DNA from: an uncultured Candidatus Saccharibacteria bacterium
GTDB lineage: Bacteria; Patescibacteriota; Minisyncoccia; Minisyncoccales; GWA2-38-27
Assembly (NCBI GenBank): GCA_964483075.1
Contig: CAYZZO010000001.1
Span: forward strand, 1 to 29,988
Direction: 5' to 3'
DNA: 29,988 bases
Shown: positions 1 to 11,219 of the stretch, one piece after another
Numbering within the stretch: position 1 is the stretch's first letter
How the letters are laid out: every line of letters begins with the position of its first letter
Translations under genes and position numbers: made by a program
Notes under the pieces: generated by a model
Told to the model about the DNA's origin: nothing
Databases searched by the model: none
What the model saw: the letters and a program-made list of their open reading frames with translations, nothing else

Positions 1-24
1 CCTTGAACATGTTGTCTTTTGCTT

Positions 25-2585
<2,561 letters not shown>

Positions 2586-2683
2586 ACGACGGGATAATGG
2601 AAAAATAATTCGACCCAAGTTAAGCTTGGAAGCGAAAGAATGGGTTGATTTCAATTCACCCCACTAAATTGATTTGATTCGCA

Positions 2684-3361
2684 TCATGTTCGCTTAGACA
2701 TTAATATGTGTCTATAATAAAAGGGAATATACCTAAACATCTTCAATAATTCCCAAGCGCTAAGAGCAACTCCTCTTGGCTCTCCCCTTTTTTCTTTTAT
2801 AGCCCTTATTAAATCATCTTCTGACTTGATAATGCCCGGAATCTCAAGATATCCTCTTCCGATAAATTCTGTCGAGTGGGCGTCAGAACCAGCGATAAAG
2901 CTAAAATTGTTCTCCCTGGCGAAGTTAAAAGCTTTTTTGTTTGAAGATTTCACGAAAACACTTGCGTTAAATGCTTCTACGCCGTCTGGGCGAAGAAAAC
3001 GAATATTGTCTTCTCCTCCTTTAAAATTCTCTAATGGCCAATCAAAGGGATGAGCTATCATCGCAAGTCCTCCTTGACTTCTTATCTCTTCAATTGCTCT
3101 TTCTGGGGAAAGCCCCTTTGTTATCTTTTTTTTAACATTAATGCCTAGAATATGGCCCGACTTAGTTGTTACTTCAATGCCAGGAATAATTAAAATATCT
3201 TTGTCGAAACCAAAACGTATCGCCTCAATCGCTCCTTCAGTTTCATCGTGATCGGTAATAGAAATACAATTAATGTTTTTCTCAATTGCCGCCATTACTG
3301 CTTCTTTTGGCGAAGAATGTCCATCAGAAAAAGTCGTATGAATATGTAAATCTGCTTTCAT
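2684..3361 (-). CDS. PHP-domain metal-dependent phosphoesterase (YciV/TrpH-like)
   Basis: Motifs DLHIHTTFSDG, ITDHD, PGIEVTT, GHILG, IAHP and GSDAH. Confidence 0.9.
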   Translation of the reverse strand: MKADLHIHTTFSDGHSSPKEAVMAAIEKNINCISITDHDETEGAIEAIRFGFDKDILIIPGIEVTTKSGHILGINVKKKITKGLSPERAIEEIRSQGGLAMIAHPFDWPLENFKGGEDNIRFLRPDGVEAFNASVFVKSSNKKAFNFARENNFSFIAGSDAHSTEFIGRGYLEIPGIIKSEDDLIRAIKEKRGEPRGVALSAWELLKMFRYIPFYYRHILMSKRT

Positions 3362-3815
3362 AATTATATTCTATTATTTAATCTGTTGTTGAACCGGAGC
3401 AAGTAATAGGAAAAAGAGATCAGAATAGGGTTTCTCGTTTCGCGCTATTTGCTCGTCTGAAAAAATCGCCTTGCTAAAATCCACATAACCCAGACTTAGG
3501 CGCAATCTTCCTTCTTTAACCATTATTACGCCCTCGTTAATTTCAGGTAGCGAAATAAAATATTCTACTTTTTAATATTAACACAGAGAAATAAATCTAC
3601 CAAGCCAATAAACCTAATACGTAATAATTTTTTTATAACGAAATGCAGAAATTTTGAGCGAAAGGAAGATTGTATAACAATATGCGTTGGCAAACCTTAA
3701 ATAATCTGCGGCTAAAATTTCAAGCCGTGGCAGAAAGGATTATTGCGCATTAAATTTAATAAACTACATTCCCGAGGGTGCGCAGTTTGTTGCATGGTTA
3801 GAATCTGCACAAATA

Positions 3816-3844
3816 TTGATTTTAACAACAAAGAATGTTATTAT
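3816..3844 (+). promoter_or_regulatory. sigma70-type promoter for rpsT
   Basis: TTGATT-17 nt-TATTAT with an extended -10 TG, ending 38 nt upstream of the rpsT ATG. Confidence 0.6.
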
Positions 3845-3882
3845 TAAGCTTGAGAATATAAACAGAAAAAAAATAAAAAAAT

Positions 3883-4143
3883 ATGCCAATTATTAAATCA
3901 GCAAAAAAAGCTCTTCGCAAAAACATTAAACAAAGGAAAAGAAACATTGTTCATAAAAAGAAGATCAGAGGTCTTGCTAAAAAGATAAGAACTTTGGTTT
4001 CTGAAAAAAAAATCGAGGAAGCAAAAAATCTCTTACCACAAACGTATAAAGCATTAGACAAAGCAGCGAAAACCAACGTCATTAAGAAAAATACTGCCTC
4101 GAGGAGAAAATCAAGATTAACAAAATTAATAGGAAAAAATTAG
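3883..4143 (+). CDS. rpsT: 30S ribosomal protein S20
   Basis: MPIIKSAKKALR...DKAAKTNVIKKNTASRRKSRL is the S20 signature. The stop overlaps the convergent holA stop. Confidence 0.97.
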   Translation: MPIIKSAKKALRKNIKQRKRNIVHKKKIRGLAKKIRTLVSEKKIEEAKNLLPQTYKALDKAAKTNVIKKNTASRRKSRLTKLIGKN

Positions 4144-5084
4144 ACCGAGGAAATCAATAAATCTAAAGCTGTTTGCGGTTCTACTTTGCTTGTTTTAATA
4201 TCAATATCTGCCTGAAAAATTTTCTGGTAGATTTTTTTTAATTGTAAAAGCTCAAATTTCTCTGCCCAATAATAAGTTTTCCGGACGACAAAAGGGTGAA
4301 GACCGCTCTTTTTTAAAATAACACTATAGGGTAAATGACGTTCAGCGAGATCCTTGATTATTAAAAGATTCTTAAATTGATAACTCATCATTGAAAGAAG
4401 ATATAACGGAGAATCACCTTTTTTCAGGTGACTACGTAATAGGTCTAATGCTAATTTTTTGTTTTTCTGGGCTATGGCGTCAATTGTTTTGAAAATATTT
4501 GTTTCATTTTTTTCTCTTACCATTTCTTTGACGTCTTTAGATTCAATTTTTTCTCCTACCTTAAAGATGGCCAATTTTGCAATCTCTCTACTTAATGCCC
4601 ATGAATCATTTCCAACATACTGACAAAGTAATTCCAGGGCGTTTTGGTCTATATTTGAATTACGCTCAACAAACTTTTCTTTCACCCAATTTTTTAGCTT
4701 TTTTCCCTTTAACAGTTTAAACTCCTGACATTTCGCTTTTTCTTCTAAAAATTTAAAAAATAATTCCTTCTTGTCGACCTCTCCTTCCTCATAGAATAAA
4801 ATCACATTTTTTGATTCCAAAAAAAAATCTTGCTTTTTTAGAAATGTCTCTTTAAAAAAAGAACCGGAAAAAGGATTAGCGACTAATAATAATTTCTTTT
4901 CTTTAAACATTGATGCCTGGCGCACATCTTTTTCGATCTCATCAAAAAGAGAATCATTATTTTCAAGACAATCAAAATTCTTCAGGTTTAATCCGCTTTT
5001 GTTGGCTCTTTTGTAATTCCGGACAATTTCTTTTATTTTTTCTTTTATCCTATATGTATCTTGTCCGTAGAGAAAAATAAGCAT
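4140..5084 (-). CDS. holA: DNA polymerase III delta subunit
   Basis: Starts MLIFLYGQD (ATG at 5084; the track uses TTG at 5099). Contains SMFKEKKLL, VGNDSWALSREIAKL, NIFKTIDAI and DIDIKTSK. Confidence 0.93.
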   Translation of the reverse strand: MLIFLYGQDTYRIKEKIKEIVRNYKRANKSGLNLKNFDCLENNDSLFDEIEKDVRQASMFKEKKLLLVANPFSGSFFKETFLKKQDFFLESKNVILFYEEGEVDKKELFFKFLEEKAKCQEFKLLKGKKLKNWVKEKFVERNSNIDQNALELLCQYVGNDSWALSREIAKLAIFKVGEKIESKDVKEMVREKNETNIFKTIDAIAQKNKKLALDLLRSHLKKGDSPLYLLSMMSYQFKNLLIIKDLAERHLPYSVILKKSGLHPFVVRKTYYWAEKFELLQLKKIYQKIFQADIDIKTSKVEPQTALDLLISSV

Positions 5085-5164
5085 AATGTTAGTTGTCAAT
5101 TTTCAATTATTGATTTTCAAACAATAAAAATAAATACAATAAAGTGATTTTAAAATTAAGGAGG

Positions 5165-6019
5165 TCATTTTTGGCACTTAGGGCAATAATAAACGCTTCT
5201 TCCGCTAATTTCCGCTCTCATGACAGGCGTCCCGCATCTGCTACATATTTTTCTTCGGTAGACTTTTCTCAATTTATCAAATCCACCCTTTTCCCCGGAA
5301 ACAGTCCTATAGTCGGATATACTTTCTCCTTTCAATTCAATAGCCTTCTTTAGCGTATTTTTTGTTTCGTTATAAATTCTTCTCATTTCTTTTTTAGACA
5401 ATTCTGACGCTCTTCTAAAAGGATTAATTTTTGCACGCCACAATATTTCACTTGAATAGATGTTACCGATTCCGCTAATAACTTTTTGATCCATTAAAAC
5501 TTGCTTTATTTTACTTTTTTTTACCTTCAATCTCTCTTCAAACTCGTCAAAACTAATTTTTAACGGGTCAGGTCCTAATTCCTCCAGCTCTTTTTTTATT
5601 TCTTCGCTTCTTTCAAGCTCGACTTTGGCAAATTTCCTTAAATCGGAAAGAGCTAACATTAAATCACCGCTTAGCGAAAACATTAAATGAATATAATTGT
5701 TAATAGGGTCCTCTAAGGGTCCCCTAATAAGCGAGACCCACCTTCCGGATTTAAACTTCCATCTTCCAATTAAAAGATGGCCTGTCAATTTTTGGTGGAC
5801 TAAAAGGGAATAATCCCGAGAAAGGTCAAAAATAATATTTTTTCCCTTTCTCTGAACTTTTTTAATTTTTTTTCCTTTAAGCGCTTTCTCGAATTTTTTA
5901 AAACTATCCGGTTTTTTAATTATCTTCTCAGAATCTGTCCAAACATTAAGAAAGGTCCTGCCAGGGACCTTTCTTTCTAAACCTATTATCGTTGTTTCTA
6001 CTTCCGGAAGTTCAGGCAT
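5165..6019 (-). CDS. mutM: Formamidopyrimidine-DNA glycosylase (Fpg)
   Basis: N-terminal MPELPEVET, RKGK, DLRKF, the H2TH region ISGIGNIYSSEIL and a C-terminal Zn finger CSRC...CPKCQ. Confidence 0.97.
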   Translation of the reverse strand: MPELPEVETTIIGLERKVPGRTFLNVWTDSEKIIKKPDSFKKFEKALKGKKIKKVQRKGKNIIFDLSRDYSLLVHQKLTGHLLIGRWKFKSGRWVSLIRGPLEDPINNYIHLMFSLSGDLMLALSDLRKFAKVELERSEEIKKELEELGPDPLKISFDEFEERLKVKKSKIKQVLMDQKVISGIGNIYSSEILWRAKINPFRRASELSKKEMRRIYNETKNTLKKAIELKGESISDYRTVSGEKGGFDKLRKVYRRKICSRCGTPVMRAEISGRSVYYCPKCQK

Positions 6020-6022
6020 AAA

Positions 6023-6388
6023 TTATTTGATAATTCCTCTCACTTTCTCAATGATTTCGTCTGGGGTAAAGCGAGCTTTAATTAAATAATCGGCCGCCCC
6101 CATTTTCAGTCCTTTTTCGATATCCTCTTTTCGTCCAAGATTAGACAATATAATGACAGGAATCTGGGAAGAAGAAGGATTGCTTTTTATTTTCGCCAAA
6201 ACCTCAAAACCGTCAACTTCAGGCAAAATAAGATCAAGCAAAATTAAATCTGGTTTTTCTTTGTTGACGCCTTCTATTCCTTTTTTCCCGTCAACCGCTT
6301 CAGCAACATCGTATCCTTCACTCACAATTTTTCGAGAAATAAGTTCTCTTAAAAATTTATCGTCTTCAATTACCAAAATTTTCTTCAT
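6023..6388 (-). CDS. Single-domain response regulator (CheY-like receiver) RR1
   Basis: 121 aa receiver only: IEDD, phosphoacceptor LLD, ILS, IK. No output domain. Confidence 0.95.
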   Translation of the reverse strand: MKKILVIEDDKFLRELISRKIVSEGYDVAEAVDGKKGIEGVNKEKPDLILLDLILPEVDGFEVLAKIKSNPSSSQIPVIILSNLGRKEDIEKGLKMGAADYLIKARFTPDEIIEKVRGIIK

Positions 6389-6399
6389 AAAAAAACATA

Positions 6400-6463
6400 A
6401 TCCGAATTTACGAATTATCCGAATTTACGAATTATAGTTATTCGTAAGTTGGTAGATTCGGAT
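6400..6463. repeat. 17-bp tandem repeat plus inverted copies forming a hairpin
   Basis: atccgaatttacgaatt occurs twice (6400-6433), followed by complementary attcgtaagttgg (6440-6452) and attcggat (6456-6463). Confidence 0.8.
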
Positions 6464-6468
6464 GTAAT

Positions 6469-6500
6469 CCTGTCCGCATCGCTAAAACGTTGCAGGCGGG
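6469..6500. repeat. GC-rich REP-like palindrome
   Basis: cctgtccgcatcg-ctaaaa-cgttgcaggcggg is a 13-position imperfect stem with 2 mismatches and 2 G.U pairs, in an AT-rich spacer. Confidence 0.65.
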
Positions 6501-6519
6501 TAGATTAGGATTGTATTAT

Positions 6520-6891
6520 TTATTTACCTAATTGTTTTTTAACTTTTTCGAGAACTTCCTGAGGGTCAAATTCGGTTTTAATCAACCAATCGCTTGCCCC
6601 TAATTTCTTAACTCTATCCAGCTCAACTGGCTGACCAGAATTGGAAATGATAATTATCGGAATCTTTTTCAATTTATCGTCCTTTCTCATTATCTCCATC
6701 ACCCCAAATCCCCCTAATTTAGGCATAACTATATCAAGAAGGATAAGGTCGGGATTTATTTCTCTCATCTTCAAAACCCCCTCTTCTCCGTTGCGAGCAG
6801 TTGAGACATCGTATCCCTCCATTGATAGCTTTTCTTTAAGGAGGTTCATCATAATTTCCTCGTCTTCGATTATTAGAATTTTTTTTGCCAT
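6520..6891 (-). CDS. Single-domain response regulator RR2
   Basis: 123 aa receiver only: IEDE, LLDIVMP, IISN, LIK. Confidence 0.95.
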   Translation of the reverse strand: MAKKILIIEDEEIMMNLLKEKLSMEGYDVSTARNGEEGVLKMREINPDLILLDIVMPKLGGFGVMEIMRKDDKLKKIPIIIISNSGQPVELDRVKKLGASDWLIKTEFDPQEVLEKVKKQLGK

Positions 6892-6946
6892 ATTTAATGG
6901 TAATCTCTGTGCGCCCTATTCTATAAAAGAATAAGAACTTTTACTT

Positions 6947-8515
6947 TTATTTTAATGCTTTAACCCGGGCAGTGTCAAATGGAAGATTGAAAAAAAAGGT
7001 TGTTCCCTTGCCTTCTTTGGAAATAAACCAGATTTTTCCATGATGAGCGTTAACAATGTTTTTCGTTATATAGAGACCCAACCCCGAACCGGTGGTATCA
7101 ATTTTCCTTATGTTGGTTGCTCTGAAAAATTTAGTAAATATTCTTTTTTGTTGGTCCTTCGGGATTCCTACTCCATTATCCTCAATAGAAAAATTCACTT
7201 CTTTTTTTCCCTTTTTAACAGAAATAACTATCTTGCCATTTTTTGGAGTATACTTTATGGCATTCCTCAAAAGGTTATCAATGACCATTTGTATTTTTTC
7301 TTTATCGAGCATAATTTTCGGTATTTTTTTCTTCGGTCTCTTGAATTTGACTATAATTTTTTTATCATCACTTTCTTTCTTATGGTCGATGATTGTTTTC
7401 TCTGTGATTTCTTCGATGTCAGTTGGGACTAATTCAAAAATATATCTCCCCTCCTCAATCCTTGAAACATCTAAAAGGTCATTAACCAAATTAATCATTC
7501 TTTCGTTTGACACATAAGCATCTCCTAAAAACTCTCTCTCGTCTTTATTCACCTTGCCTAAATCACCGTCTAAAACCATTTTTAGGGTCCATTTTATCGC
7601 CGAAAGAGGAGTTCTCAATTGGTGAGCAGATAATGAAACAAACTCTGTTTTCAACTTTTCGACTAATTTTTCTCTAGTAATATTATGCAGAATCAATAAA
7701 CTGCCTAACTTTTTCCTTTCCCTCTTGATAGCTACAACACTCACGTTTAAAATTAAATCTTTGTTTATTTTTAACTCTTTCCCGAAATTCTTTTTAAGCC
7801 TGCCTTTCGGTTTTTTTATTGGCAAAGACAAAGCGAGAATTTTTGGAAGTTTTGAGATAGATTTACCGATTATATCTTCTTTTTTAATTTTTAAGAAATC
7901 TTCTGCCAAGGGATTAACAAGCAAAATCTTATTTTTTTTATCAAAAACTATTAAACCATCGGTAAAATTATTAATTATTGTTAACGTCTTATCTTTTTCT
8001 TCCTCCGCTTTTTCTCTTGATTCCTCAGTATCCTCGAGCATGTTCATTAGTGCTTTCTGGCTATCTTCTAATTCTTTCGTCCTTTCTCTTACTTTTACCT
8101 CTAATCCTTCCTGTAGCCTCCTTAATTCACTAATATCGGAGATTACTAAAGAGTATCTGACAGTTCCGTCCCGATCGTCTTTCTTTGAAACGACGGAGAC
8201 ATTGGCCACTATCATTTTTTTGTTGCGCATTGATAGGTTAATGTTTTCATCTCTGGCGATTATATTTTTAAGAGAATCTCTCAAGAGGCGCCTAACTACT
8301 TCTTTATCTTTAAATAAAACACCAATCGTCTGACCTATTAAATCTTTTTTATCATAACCGGTTAGCTTTTCAGCTAACCTATTAAGGTTAATAACAATTC
8401 CTTCCGGACCAAGAATGAAAACGGGAACCGGCAAAAAATAAAAAAGATCCTTAATGTGTTCTTCGCTATATTCTAATTCTTCTTTTTTCTTTTTAAATAA
8501 ATTTTTTTCTTTCAT
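6947..8515 (-). CDS. Cytoplasmic PAS-coiled coil-PAS sensor histidine kinase HK1
   Basis: Two PAS-like segments separated by the helical linker LEVKVRERTKEL. H-box SAHQLRTPL, N-box NLLRNAIKY, G1 DNGVGIP, F FTKFFR, G2 GSGLGL. No transmembrane segment seen. Confidence 0.95.
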   Translation of the reverse strand: MKEKNLFKKKKEELEYSEEHIKDLFYFLPVPVFILGPEGIVINLNRLAEKLTGYDKKDLIGQTIGVLFKDKEVVRRLLRDSLKNIIARDENINLSMRNKKMIVANVSVVSKKDDRDGTVRYSLVISDISELRRLQEGLEVKVRERTKELEDSQKALMNMLEDTEESREKAEEEKDKTLTIINNFTDGLIVFDKKNKILLVNPLAEDFLKIKKEDIIGKSISKLPKILALSLPIKKPKGRLKKNFGKELKINKDLILNVSVVAIKRERKKLGSLLILHNITREKLVEKLKTEFVSLSAHQLRTPLSAIKWTLKMVLDGDLGKVNKDEREFLGDAYVSNERMINLVNDLLDVSRIEEGRYIFELVPTDIEEITEKTIIDHKKESDDKKIIVKFKRPKKKIPKIMLDKEKIQMVIDNLLRNAIKYTPKNGKIVISVKKGKKEVNFSIEDNGVGIPKDQQKRIFTKFFRATNIRKIDTTGSGLGLYITKNIVNAHHGKIWFISKEGKGTTFFFNLPFDTARVKALK

Positions 8516-8561
8516 TTTACTTTAGGGAGCAGGACTCGAACCGGGGCAAATTTTTTCCTTT

Positions 8562-9689
8562 TTAGTAAAACTTTCCGGTAATAAATTCCGCAAACCTCTT
8601 TTTTATAGGAAGGGTAAGATAAAAAGTTGTTCCTTTGCCTTCTTCTGAGATAAACCAAATTTTTCCTCCATGGCCATTAATAATATTTTTAGCTATATAA
8701 AGACCCAAACCCGTTCCTTCCGTCTCTTTTTGAATTATGTTGCTTCCACGAAAAAACTTAGTAAAAACTCTTCCTTGTTGTTGCTCGGGAATACCTAAAC
8801 CAGTATCGCTAATTTGAATCTTTATCTCTTTTTTATCTCTTCCTAAAAGAACTGTAATTTGTCCGCCCGACGGAGTGTACTCTACTGCATTGCTAAGAAT
8901 ATTCTCTATGGCGATTCTTATTTTCCCTTCGTTTACCATAATTTCCGGCAATTCTTCTTTTGTTTTCTTAAAATTAAATCTAATTTTTCTTTCTTTCATC
9001 TTTTTCCTGTATTTATCTATAGACGATTCCAAAATATAACCAATATTTGAAAGCTTTAAATCGGAAAAGTAGTCTTCTCCTTCTATTTGGGCAACCTCCA
9101 AAAGGTCTCCAATTAATTTTATCGCTTTATTGTTTGTCTCGTAAATCTTCCTAACAAAATCTTCTTGTTTTTTGTTTAGGCCGCCAAACTCTCCCTCCAA
9201 AAGCATTTTGAGCGACCATTTTATTGCCGAAGTCGGAGTCCATAACTCATGAGTGGCCAAATCAATAAATTCGGCTTTTACCTTACTGACAAGTTCCTTT
9301 TCGGTAATATTGTATAGAATTACAAGCGTACCTCTCTTTCCTTCTTCCGAAAATATTGGAATAATTGCAACTTCAAGAATAAGGTTGTCTTCGATTTTTA
9401 ATTTCTTTTTTCCTCCCTTGTAAATCTCCACCCCGAGAAAAGAGCCTAATTTTTTGATAGCAGGAGATTGGTTCAACTCAAAAATCGCTTTGCCGATAAG
9501 TTTCTCTTCTCTAACATTAAAAATATTTTCTATTTGAATGTTAGCAAGAGAAATTTTATTATACTCGTTAAAAATTAAAATTCCTTCTGGAAGATAATCT
9601 ATAATCTTTATTTCTTTATCGCTAAATCTTCGAATTGTTTCCCGATCAATTTTTTCTTTTTTTTCTTTTTTTCTTCCGAATAAAAACAT
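8562..9689 (-). CDS. Cytoplasmic PAS sensor histidine kinase HK2
   Basis: One PAS-like domain (IIDYLPEGILIFN). H-box ATHELWTP, NILSNAVEY, DTGLGIP, FTKFFRG, GTGLGL. No transmembrane segment seen. Confidence 0.93.
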   Translation of the reverse strand: MFLFGRKKEKKEKIDRETIRRFSDKEIKIIDYLPEGILIFNEYNKISLANIQIENIFNVREEKLIGKAIFELNQSPAIKKLGSFLGVEIYKGGKKKLKIEDNLILEVAIIPIFSEEGKRGTLVILYNITEKELVSKVKAEFIDLATHELWTPTSAIKWSLKMLLEGEFGGLNKKQEDFVRKIYETNNKAIKLIGDLLEVAQIEGEDYFSDLKLSNIGYILESSIDKYRKKMKERKIRFNFKKTKEELPEIMVNEGKIRIAIENILSNAVEYTPSGGQITVLLGRDKKEIKIQISDTGLGIPEQQQGRVFTKFFRGSNIIQKETEGTGLGLYIAKNIINGHGGKIWFISEEGKGTTFYLTLPIKKRFAEFITGKFY

Positions 9690-9733
9690 TATATCGAAAT
9701 TATGGAGGTATAATTTAAACCAAAATCTTTAAT

Positions 9734-11110
9734 TTAACTTTTTTGTTTTCTTAACTTTTTTATTTCTTTTTTCAGTTCTATCATTTTTAGCTCTCTACCG
9801 ACCGTTAATCGATGGAATCTTTCAAGGTCGTCTACTCTCTTTTGAAGTTCTTTTGTTCTTTGCTTGACTTTTTCTTCAAGGCTGTCAGCCAATTCCCTCA
9901 ACTCTTTAGTTCTGGCCTGGACCTTTATTTCAAGAACCGCCTTTGCTTCCTCCAACGCGGATTGAGATTTTCTTAAATTTTCTGTCATTTTATTAAAAGA
10001 CTCGATAAGCTTTCCTGTTTCATCCTGACGCTTTTCTTTAATTTTTTGACTAAAATCGCCATTGCTTACGGATACCATCGCTTCTATCGTCTTGTGTATA
10101 GGAACGACGATAACATGAGAAACGTAAAGAGATAATATAACTACTAAGACGATAGATATTAAAGATATCAACAATAAATCGTCCCTGGTATTGTTTTTTA
10201 TAGCTGCCATCTCTCGAACATTAGTGGATATAGCTATTGCTCCGGTTATTTTTCCTTGAATGTTTTTTAAAAAATGAAAAGCAAATAAATAGTTTTCTCC
10301 TCCAATACTTATCTTTTTAATCAGGTCTCGAGAAAAATTCTCATTGCTAATATCAAGTTCTTCTCCCAAAATGCGATTTTCTTGGCTTTTTCCAAAAGTG
10401 CTGGAAATAACTATATTTTTTTCTAAGATGTGAACATCCGCGCCAACTCCTTTCTTTATTTCCTCTGTTATTCGAGAATTATTGTTAAGAAGACTACCTA
10501 AAATAGCAGCTCCAATTAATTTATTTTCAAAATAAATAGGAACAGCCGATTTTATCATTAAGCCAGATTCTAAAATATGGCCATTTTTTTTGATACTTGC
10601 TTTTGCTAAAAGACCTTCTTTCTCCAATTCCTGCGAAGAAACAATCTCTGTCCCGATGGTTATTTTCCCTTCCGGAGACCTTAAAGCACTTCTTACTAAA
10701 GGTTTTCCCGATAAGTCATCTTCAAATAAAGAAAAATTTGTTCCCCTGGCCACTACTACTCCTTTATTATCGACAATAGTAAGAACATCGAGGTCTTTCT
10801 GCCTTAGCAGAATGCCGGAAATATAATCAGCAAGTTGTTCTCTCGGGCCTGTTTCCAAGGTTGATTTAACTATGTTTTCATTAGAAATAGACCGAGCCAA
10901 GTTTATTAGATTTTTTTCTTTGAGATCATAAAACAAAGAGGCGTTATTTAGTTTGGCCAAGAGTTTTTTAGAGAACTCATCACCTACATATTTATCAAAC
11001 GAATAAACAGCATAGGTAGTGGCTATTGCCATAGAAATCAAAGAAATAACTACAAAACCAAAAATTAGCTTTGCTTTTATGCTATATAAAAATGATTTTT
11101 TCTCGTTCAC
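9734..11110 (-). CDS. Membrane sensor (TM-Cache-like-TM-HAMP-coiled coil) with no catalytic output domain
   Basis: GTG start. Two hydrophobic helices flank a roughly 270-aa extracytoplasmic domain. HAMP (PIHKTIEAMVSVSNGDFS...DETGKLIESFNKM) follows, then a coiled coil ending GRELKMIELKKEIKKL. No HisKA, HATPase, GGDEF or MCP domain. Confidence 0.85.
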   Translation of the reverse strand: MNEKKSFLYSIKAKLIFGFVVISLISMAIATTYAVYSFDKYVGDEFSKKLLAKLNNASLFYDLKEKNLINLARSISNENIVKSTLETGPREQLADYISGILLRQKDLDVLTIVDNKGVVVARGTNFSLFEDDLSGKPLVRSALRSPEGKITIGTEIVSSQELEKEGLLAKASIKKNGHILESGLMIKSAVPIYFENKLIGAAILGSLLNNNSRITEEIKKGVGADVHILEKNIVISSTFGKSQENRILGEELDISNENFSRDLIKKISIGGENYLFAFHFLKNIQGKITGAIAISTNVREMAAIKNNTRDDLLLISLISIVLVVILSLYVSHVIVVPIHKTIEAMVSVSNGDFSQKIKEKRQDETGKLIESFNKMTENLRKSQSALEEAKAVLEIKVQARTKELRELADSLEEKVKQRTKELQKRVDDLERFHRLTVGRELKMIELKKEIKKLRKQKS

Positions 11111-11219
11111 AAAATTAAAATAACAAGAATTGCTAAGCCGATAACAACTTTTAAGTCGCCCTAATCTTTGATCGATTATTTTTAATAATAATCAATGCTT
11201 TTAAAATTAGAATTGTTTT

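Noticed and set aside
3685-3745. c-di-GMP-I riboswitch suggested by GGCAAACC
   Set aside because: The GAAA tetraloop and GGGACGCAAAGC core are missing. Kept only as a generic structured tract.
4140-4152. Another copy of the GAACCRRG motif (gaccgagg)
   Set aside because: It falls within holA C-terminal codons and is explained by the coding sequence.
5225-5265. Shortened segment before the MutM Zn finger (VYRRKICSRC)
   Set aside because: About two residues shorter than usual, but all four Cys and the frame are intact. Likely ordinary variation.
6400-6434. CRISPR array
   Set aside because: Only two adjacent 17-bp copies with no spacers, and no cas genes in the window.
8521-8600. tRNA gene suggested by ggttcgagtcc on the minus strand
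   Set aside because: The T-stem does not pair (cccgg/cctgc), there is no D or anticodon arm, and the upstream part overlaps the HK2 coding end.
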